Positions 21,254-27,576 of a stretch of 55,310 nucleotides of DNA are shown one piece after another. Position numbers and translations under genes: made by a program. The notes under the pieces were generated by a model, which was given only the letters and a program-made list of their open reading frames with translations, searched no databases and was not told the DNA's origin. The stretch is from a virus (Duplodnaviria; Caudoviricetes). The stretch is taken from the IMG/VR virus record IMGVR_UViG_3300012665_000810, positions 1 through 55,310 of that record; one strand, 5' to 3'. The stretch's first letter is position 1. Every line of letters starts with the position of its first letter.

Positions 21254-21688
21254 GTGCAATGGACGTATCAAAATCAACCCGTAAATGAAATACCAGAAGG
21301 CTATATTGGCTTTGTTTACATAATCACGAATACCGTAACCGGACAGAAGTACATAGGCAAGAAATTAGCACAATTCAAACGTACTAAACCCCCACTCAAA
21401 GGCAAAAAACTTAAAAGAAGAAGCACAGTAGAAAGCGATTGGCGCGAATACTGGGGTTCATCTGATAGGTTAAACGCAGACGTCCAAGCATTAGGTCCGG
21501 AAAACTTCACAAGAGAAATACTTTACCTTTGCAAATCCAAGGCAGAACTAAGTTATTTAGAGGCTAGAGAGCAGTTTGAACGCAGAGTTTTAGAAACAGA
21601 TGACTATTATAATGGCATTATAAACGTCAGAGTTGGCGGTTCAAACATACTTAGACAACGTCTTTTAGAACAATCTCAGGCAAAATAA
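21254..21688 (+). CDS. Stand-alone minimal GIY-YIG endonuclease (144 aa, GTG start)
   Basis: GFVYIITN...KYIGKK, YWGSS, a candidate catalytic Glu in SYLEAREQF and YYN; Lys/Arg-rich insert KRTKPPLKGKKLKRRS; no separate DNA-binding domain. Confidence 0.85.
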   Translation: MQWTYQNQPVNEIPEGYIGFVYIITNTVTGQKYIGKKLAQFKRTKPPLKGKKLKRRSTVESDWREYWGSSDRLNADVQALGPENFTREILYLCKSKAELSYLEAREQFERRVLETDDYYNGIINVRVGGSNILRQRLLEQSQAK

Positions 21689-21699
21689 AGCGGTATTTT

Positions 21700-22062
21700 C
21701 AGCTAGCGCAGGCTTAATTTCGTGCGCTCTATACCTGGATCTCGGATCACAGGGACGGAAAACCTTGCCGCAAAGGTGCTTAACCACTACCCGAAAGGAT
21801 GACGATCGCTACTAAGACCTGCGATTTGGTTATTTGAATAGAAAAACAAGGCAAAAAGAAGGGAGAGAAACCCTTAGGTTAATGCGTATGTTAGCGTATA
21901 TGTATTAATCCACCGTCATATTGACTGAGCTCGAGGTACCGGATGACCGCCTCTGTAACTGCTTTAACGCTAAGTGTACTGTGCAACTCGCATAATGCTT
22001 CTTGACCCGTAACAGGGTTAAGTGTGACTGAACAATCTGCATAATACTTAATGCTTCGCATT
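21700..22062 (+). ncRNA. Candidate large structured non-coding RNA, family not recognised
   Basis: 485 nt intergenic gap in a gene-dense genome. About ten nested helices, a GAAA tetraloop, G-U pairs that work only on the + strand, and a 7-bp loop pseudoknot (see findings). Boundaries approximate. Confidence 0.7.
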
Positions 22063-22118
22063 TATAACTTCGATATTGTTCTAAGAAAGAAAAATGCGTT
22101 GAGCGTAAGCGAAAACGC

Positions 22119-22141
22119 AAATGAGCTTTAGCTCATTTTTT
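22119..22141 (+). terminator. Intrinsic terminator-like hairpin
   Basis: AAATGAGC-TTTA-GCTCATTT running into a T tract; closes the gp47-GIY-YIG-RNA unit. Confidence 0.6.
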
Positions 22142-22143
22142 AC

Positions 22144-22151
22144 AATAAATA
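22144..22151 (+). promoter_or_regulatory. Late promoter (AATAAATA)
   Basis: TAAATA core 22 nt upstream of ATG 22174. Confidence 0.55.
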
Positions 22152-22173
22152 AAAAACAATCGGAATTCATCAA

Positions 22174-23295
22174 ATGCGTATAAATGATATTTTAATCGAA
22201 AACAAACAAGTAACTGAAGCTCCTTTAGGTATGCTCAGTAAGTTAGGGCATGGAGTTAAGAGTGCTTTTGGTAGTGGTAAATCAAAAGGCGTTCTAGATA
22301 CAGGCAATGCTTCAAATCAATTAAAACAAGATTATATGAAGATGCTTGGTGCAACTGGACAAGAAGCTGAATCCGATAATCTGATTGCTTTCCTACAAAA
22401 AGCAGGATATCCTGTTGATAGAGTTAAAAAATCATTAGGTGGTGCGCAAGCTAATCCTGTTGAACCTACTATGGATCCTGAACCAGGCACAGCACCAGCT
22501 ACTGGTCGCCCACAAGGAGGTGGTAAAGTAGCTGGACAACAAAGTCAAACTCCTAGTGCTGTTAAAAAACGTGATGCACGTAGCGGCAAACCTACTGCTC
22601 CTCCGTCAAATGCTGGCGCAAACGCATTTGGTCAAATGGCAAAACAGCTTACAACACCTAATGATGCTGCTGCAAAAGTAACAACTAAACCTACTCCTGT
22701 TACAACAACTCCTGGTTCTACTAATCCGGGCGGTGCTGTTGATAATTTCAAACAGCAAATGGCCAATAACACTGAACTTGATCGTCAAAGAAAGCAAAAA
22801 GAAATAGACCAGGGCAACTCCACTTCAACTAAAAGCAAGGCGTTAGGTCCAAAGGGCCGTGAAACACTAGCACGTTTAGGTAAACAAAGCCAAGTTAGAT
22901 CTAGCGGTAAACAAGGTTCATTGGACCTTAACAGTCGCAAGAACGCAGGCAATAGTATCCTTGAAGCACTTAGTGATAAACAAATTGATGCAGCATTCTT
23001 AATGGCTGTTCAAGATAAGGCCAAAGCAGGCGGTAGCAGTCAACCAAGCAGTCAGTCTGCTCCTGCGGATAGCGGAGATAGCAGTGGTGGGTCAAGTGCA
23101 TTAGGCACATTAGCTAGATCAGCAATGGGATTACGTTCAAGATCTTCATCTTCGGGCAGAGATTCTGATAGTAGTAGTCCGCTAGATGGGATTGATTTAG
23201 CTGCACTAAAGATGGGATTGACTAACGTAGTTAATGACAGACCTATAGATAACTCTGCCAAACGAGAAATTCAAAAACTTATCAAGAAACTTTAA
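22174..23295 (+). CDS. Low-complexity late protein, probable internal head protein
   Basis: Own late promoter; N-terminus MRINDILIE...VTE resembles T4 capsid-targeting/gp21-cleaved leaders; Pro/Gly/Ser-rich body. Confidence 0.5.
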   Translation: MRINDILIENKQVTEAPLGMLSKLGHGVKSAFGSGKSKGVLDTGNASNQLKQDYMKMLGATGQEAESDNLIAFLQKAGYPVDRVKKSLGGAQANPVEPTMDPEPGTAPATGRPQGGGKVAGQQSQTPSAVKKRDARSGKPTAPPSNAGANAFGQMAKQLTTPNDAAAKVTTKPTPVTTTPGSTNPGGAVDNFKQQMANNTELDRQRKQKEIDQGNSTSTKSKALGPKGRETLARLGKQSQVRSSGKQGSLDLNSRKNAGNSILEALSDKQIDAAFLMAVQDKAKAGGSSQPSSQSAPADSGDSSGGSSALGTLARSAMGLRSRSSSSGRDSDSSSPLDGIDLAALKMGLTNVVNDRPIDNSAKREIQKLIKKL

Positions 23296-23528
23296 AAGAA
23301 AGGTAGTCCTGATTTCTTAGTTGTTTCTAAATTTTCTTTAATGATTTCCCCGATGATCATGCGTTCATCGTGCGTTAAGTTAAGGACATCTTGGTAACTC
23401 ATGCCGCGCATGTACCAGCACATCTTCAAGAGATCTTTCTTGAGCTCCTGTCCTTCTTTTTCTAATGATTTAACATACTGTAGGATCTCCGGACGGGAGA
23501 GGGTTAAGATCCTACTCCGAAAAAATTT
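23292..23528 (-). CDS. Frameshift-accessed C-terminal extension of the gp26-like chaperone (gp51/gpGT-like)
   Basis: Not in the ORF track. The -1 frame is open from the slippery site: KFFRSRILTLSRPEILQYVKSLEKEGQELKKDLLKMCWYMRGMSYQDVLNLTHDERMIIGEIIKENLETTKKSGLPFF*. Its stop overlaps the convergent stop at 23293-23295. Confidence 0.75.
   Translation of the reverse strand, partial: KFFRSRILTLSRPEILQYVKSLEKEGQELKKDLLKMCWYMRGMSYQDVLNLTHDERMIIGEIIKENLETTKKSGLPFF
23480..23528 (-). promoter_or_regulatory. Programmed -1 ribosomal frameshift signal
   Basis: In-frame slippery heptamers A_AAT_TTT (23528-23522) and T_TTT_TTC (23525-23519), then a perfect 9-bp stem GTAGGATCT/AGATCCTAC starting 6 nt after the first heptamer. 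Confidence 0.75.
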
Positions 23529-24373
23529 GTTTGATCCATTGTCAATTCGACATCAAAAGTAGTTTCACATTCTTGGCAACTAACTGTTTGAGCTTTTAGA
23601 GCAATCTCATCTTTCAATTTAGTAATGTGATCATTAATGCCATTGAACACTTCTGTTGGACTGTTATTAACAAATTCTTGAATTTGCTCTTGATCAGTTA
23701 CAAGATCAGTCGGTGTTTGGATACTGGTAATGCACCCTGTAACAATATCAACAGTAAGCTCAGTTAGTTTGACAAAACTTTCTCCAAACCGTTCAATTTT
23801 TTCTTCATCTGATAACGACTCGTCATTGACAATAGAAATAATTTTTTGTTGTTCAAGACTTCTAATTGCTGTTTTAGTAATTTCTTTATAGTTGTATGGT
23901 CGAATACTGATTACCAACGGACCAACAGGGATTTCTTTTACATAATGGAAATGAGAAGCTTTGTCTAGATAATGAACTAGATTAATTTGATAGTCGTTGG
24001 TGTGGTCACAGCTAGGACATATCGATGATACTTCCATCTCCTCACCATATGTAGCAATTCGTATTGCAATTAGCACAGCATCTAGATCGATACTAGGCAT
24101 TAGCCAAGGATCTTTAATCGAAGGTACACAACTCTTAATGACTTCGACAGTGGCCTGACCGTTCATTAAAGCATCAGGAGATTTAAAAATTAACTCGTCC
24201 TTGGCTGTCATAGCATAAACTGCATATTCGTCAATTTGGCTGTGATCTAGTGTACCATTGGGATAAAACTCACCGTTACTGGGCAATTTCAAATACAACT
24301 TAGGCTGTCTGAAATATCCGGCAAGCGGATTAACAGGCTTAGCCGTTGGCTGCGGAATTGTTTGTTCTGGCAT
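23504..24373 (-). CDS. Baseplate hub assembly chaperone, gp26-like
   Basis: YLKLPS...MTAKDE...DLDAVLIAIRIATYGE...CPSC...CQEC (two CxxC motifs); adjacent to the tape-measure gene. Confidence 0.75.
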   Translation of the reverse strand: MPEQTIPQPTAKPVNPLAGYFRQPKLYLKLPSNGEFYPNGTLDHSQIDEYAVYAMTAKDELIFKSPDALMNGQATVEVIKSCVPSIKDPWLMPSIDLDAVLIAIRIATYGEEMEVSSICPSCDHTNDYQINLVHYLDKASHFHYVKEIPVGPLVISIRPYNYKEITKTAIRSLEQQKIISIVNDESLSDEEKIERFGESFVKLTELTVDIVTGCITSIQTPTDLVTDQEQIQEFVNNSPTEVFNGINDHITKLKDEIALKAQTVSCQECETTFDVELTMDQTNFFGVGS

Positions 24374-24384
24374 TTTTTTACTCC

Positions 24385-24414
24385 GATAAATAAATGTGTA
24401 TAACTCTATTTATA
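24385..24414. promoter_or_regulatory. Pair of face-to-face late promoters
   Basis: GATAAATA on + (24385-24392) and TATAAATA on - (24414-24407). Confidence 0.65.
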
Positions 24415-24442
24415 TGCGCATTTTTTGGGGTCTAAATTAATT

Positions 24443-27400
24443 ATGGCAGATGTATATGGCGCTATTGGTGATCAACCAGTAGAACTAAACAACGCAGCAA
24501 CCGAAGCAACGATGAAAGCTCTGCTGGCCACTATGACGGCTATGCTGAATAGCCAGTCAAAAGGTACCAAAAAAGACAAAAAAATACAAACAGACCTTGA
24601 AGCCGAGTTACGTAGATTAGCCAAGGCCAGTAAAGACTCAGCTAGAGCTAGAGAAAAAGAAACAGACGCAGTTAAAGACAACACTGAAGAGCAGGTAAAA
24701 AACACCGCGGCACAGAAAAAAGCTGCCGATGCCCAAAAAAAATACATCAATGAATTAGAAGATTCGATTGTTATCCTAGAAAAACTAGCAAATGGATTAG
24801 AGCAAGCCGTTACTGGATTATCTGGTATGATGAGCAGTTTTTCTACCTTAGGCAATAGTGTAACTTCGGCTGCGGCAACGCTTAACCATATTCCAATAGC
24901 AGGCAGAATGCTATCTAGTGTGTTTGGTACCGTTGCTCAAGCGGCCGATCGAAGTATGAAATCCTTTCAGCAATCAGCTAGTGTTGGTGCAAACTTTGGT
25001 GGCAGCATTACTGACATGATTGATTCGGCCACCGGTGCTGGACTAACATTTGATGCTTTTAGTTCTATCATTGCAAAGAATGGCGAAAGTGTAGCTTTAC
25101 TTGGCGGTGGTTCTGCAGATGGTGCAAAACGATTAGGTGAACTAGGTAAACAAATTCGTAAAAGCGGAGTAGCCGATGAACTGTATCGCATGGGATACTC
25201 CACTGAAGATATCAATAACGGGTTAGCAACGTTTGGTGGTAGACTTGCTAAAGGCGGCGCCCTACAAAAAATGACCACTGAACAGATTGCATCTGTTACT
25301 GGTAACTATCTTAAAGAATTAAATGCAGTAGCAACGCTTACAGGACAAAGTAAAGAAGCATTGCAAGAACAAGAAAATGCTCGCATGGCCGATGCGCAAT
25401 ATTTAAATTTAAAAAATAAACTAGATGCAGACGGCCAAAAGAATTTAGAATTGTTAATGGCTAGCATTCCAAAAGAAATGCAACAAGGTGCCAAAGAAGT
25501 TTTGGCTACAGGAACAGCTACTACAGAAGCAGGACAACAATTTTTAGTCTTTATGAAAAATTCTGGTAGAAGTTTGCAATCTTTAGGAAAGACTGCTGAA
25601 AGAACCGGAACTATCACTACAGATGCTGTAATTCAAAATGCAAATCTTATACAATCTGAAGGAAAGGCATTATCAAAATCTAGTTTAGGAGGCGTTGCTG
25701 CAAAGTTTATTCCAGAACTAAACGGAATGATGGTAGCATCAAATACACTTGCATCACGTCAAACAGATTTAGGTACAGAGATAAAAGGACAGATTGCAGC
25801 AGCAGCAGAGCGCAAGAGACAAGAACAAGAATTAAAAGATAAAGGACTAGATCCTGCATCGATGGAAAAGTTTAAACAACAGATTGCAGAAACTAGTAAT
25901 CAATTTACAAAAATTATTAAAGACAACATGCCAATGTTAATGAGTGCGTTTACTAGTCTTGCAAACTTTACTCAAACATTCCTTCTTCCAGTGTTTTCGT
26001 TTTTAGCTGAAAATATTAAAACAGTTGTTGCTACTTTTATTGCTCTTAAGGTTGCTCAGTTAGCATATAAAGCATCTCTTGCAATTGAAAAAGCTAAATC
26101 AGCCAAGTACAATGGATCACCTGGAAATCCAATGCACGTAACAACTGACGGCAAAGGCGGCTTAGGCGACGGGCCTGACGGTAAGGGCAAAAAAGGATCT
26201 AAAGGTTTAAAGTCGCTTGGCCGAATTGGCGGAGGAGTTGCTGCGGTAACTGCAATTGCAGGTATGGCTATGGAACTAAGTGAAGTTAACGATCAATTAA
26301 AGGAAGGCAAAATATCTGAAGATGAAGCCAAACAGAAAAAATCAGAAGCAGTCGGCGGCGGAGTAGGCGGAGCTGCAGGTGGCGCGGGTGGCGCAATGGC
26401 AGGTGCAGCTATTGGTACATTAATATTGCCTGGTGTTGGTACAGTACTTGGTGGAATTATTGGTGGTGCAGTAGGCAGCATGGGTGGTGAATACGTTGGC
26501 CGAAAAGCTGCTGGCAAATACACTGAACCAAAATCGGATATAAAAGGTTTAGGAAAAGTTGCAGCCCAGTTTGAATCTGGCGGGAACGCTGGAACGGTAT
26601 CAAGTGGCCACGGCGACTTTGGAGGTAAGAGTTATGGCGCATTTCAGTTATCGAGCAAGACAGGTGACGTTGACAAGTTCTTACAAAAATCTGGGTATGC
26701 AAATCAATTCCAAGGTATGCAAGTTGGCTCAGCAGCATTTGACGCCCAATGGAAAAAACTTGCAAAGGAAGATACTAAATTTGGTGAAGCTCAGTCAGCA
26801 CATGCTAAAACAACTCACTATGATCCGCAAATGGCAAAATTACAAAATAGCGGAATTGATTTGTCTAAAAAAGGATTTGGCGTACAAGAAGCAATCATGT
26901 CAACTGCCAATCAATATGGTGCAAACACTGAAACTATAATCAAAGCTCTTAAGGGTAAAGATACCAATAAGATGACTGATGAAGAAATCATCAACTCTAT
27001 TCAAGATTATAAAAAAGAAAACGTCAAAACAAACTTTAAGAGCAGTTCAGAAGCAGTTAAAGCAGGTGTTGAAAAACGTATCAATCAAGAACGAGAAGCA
27101 CTACTTGCTGCAAATAAGAGTGGTGGTGTAGTAGCAGGAACTGAAACAGCTAAGAAAGAAGACAAGCCAACAGCTTCAACGACCCAAACAGCATTAGCTA
27201 AACCAAAAACACCAGAAACTGCAACAGCCACAGCAGTAAACACTCCAACAGCTTCGGCTGTCCAAACAGCATTAGCTAAACCAAAAACACCAGAAGTTGC
27301 TTCAACAGCCGGCCTAGCAGCTAATCCATTAGAAGCATTAAAACAAGGGCTAGCAGGCAATCAACAAACATCATTGGGAGGTCCTGCTACAGGTCCCGCA

Positions 27401-27562
27401 GGTTCTCAAGAATCGCCGGCTGTACTACTTTCTAACTTAAATAGTAAGATGGAAACATTGATTCAAATTCAACTTGGTGCAAAAGAAACTGGAGAAAAAC
27501 AATTGAGAAAACCTACAGGTGGCGCAAATATGGATATGTTCACTAACGTAGCTATTGCTTAA
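24443..27562 (+). CDS. Tape-measure protein with a glycine-zipper segment and a C-terminal muramidase domain
   Basis: Long Ala/Gly/Lys-rich helical protein; hydrophobic GGAAGGAGGAMAGAAIGTLILPGVGTVLGGIIGG; FESGG...GDFGGKSYGAFQL lysozyme-like motif. Likely start is ATG 24443 (MADVYG) rather than TTG 24425. Confidence 0.8.
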   Translation: MADVYGAIGDQPVELNNAATEATMKALLATMTAMLNSQSKGTKKDKKIQTDLEAELRRLAKASKDSARAREKETDAVKDNTEEQVKNTAAQKKAADAQKKYINELEDSIVILEKLANGLEQAVTGLSGMMSSFSTLGNSVTSAAATLNHIPIAGRMLSSVFGTVAQAADRSMKSFQQSASVGANFGGSITDMIDSATGAGLTFDAFSSIIAKNGESVALLGGGSADGAKRLGELGKQIRKSGVADELYRMGYSTEDINNGLATFGGRLAKGGALQKMTTEQIASVTGNYLKELNAVATLTGQSKEALQEQENARMADAQYLNLKNKLDADGQKNLELLMASIPKEMQQGAKEVLATGTATTEAGQQFLVFMKNSGRSLQSLGKTAERTGTITTDAVIQNANLIQSEGKALSKSSLGGVAAKFIPELNGMMVASNTLASRQTDLGTEIKGQIAAAAERKRQEQELKDKGLDPASMEKFKQQIAETSNQFTKIIKDNMPMLMSAFTSLANFTQTFLLPVFSFLAENIKTVVATFIALKVAQLAYKASLAIEKAKSAKYNGSPGNPMHVTTDGKGGLGDGPDGKGKKGSKGLKSLGRIGGGVAAVTAIAGMAMELSEVNDQLKEGKISEDEAKQKKSEAVGGGVGGAAGGAGGAMAGAAIGTLILPGVGTVLGGIIGGAVGSMGGEYVGRKAAGKYTEPKSDIKGLGKVAAQFESGGNAGTVSSGHGDFGGKSYGAFQLSSKTGDVDKFLQKSGYANQFQGMQVGSAAFDAQWKKLAKEDTKFGEAQSAHAKTTHYDPQMAKLQNSGIDLSKKGFGVQEAIMSTANQYGANTETIIKALKGKDTNKMTDEEIINSIQDYKKENVKTNFKSSSEAVKAGVEKRINQEREALLAANKSGGVVAGTETAKKEDKPTASTTQTALAKPKTPETATATAVNTPTASAVQTALAKPKTPEVASTAGLAANPLEALKQGLAGNQQTSLGGPATGPAGSQESPAVLLSNLNSKMETLIQIQLGAKETGEKQLRKPTGGANMDMFTNVAIA
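27167..27295 (+). repeat. Intragenic direct repeat, 78-nt period
   Basis: 34-bp exact copies at 27184-27217 and 27262-27295 (QTALAKPKTPE twice), each preceded by ccaacagcttc. Confidence 0.9.
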
Positions 27563-27576
27563 TTGGATAAAAAAAT

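Noticed and set aside
21254-21688. Mobile intron-encoded or freestanding homing endonuclease insertion
   Set aside because: No split gene and no DNA-binding domain of the Seg/I-TevI type, and it is tightly coupled in the operon, so it looks resident; mobility cannot be fully excluded.
21971-22049. CRISPR mini-array
   Set aside because: Only two degenerate copies, separated by a short hairpin rather than a unique spacer; no cas genes in the window.
21700-22062. Group I or group II intron, RNase P, tmRNA or tRNA as the identity of the structured region (GTGCG at 21722; adjacent GIY-YIG gene)
   Set aside because: No interrupted host gene, no recognisable group I P7 core, no group II domain V, and no tRNA-like ends or RNase P consensus found by eye.
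21905-22120. 71-aa minus-strand ORF across the candidate RNA
   Set aside because: No SD or recognisable protein features; the G-U pairing pattern favours a + strand RNA.
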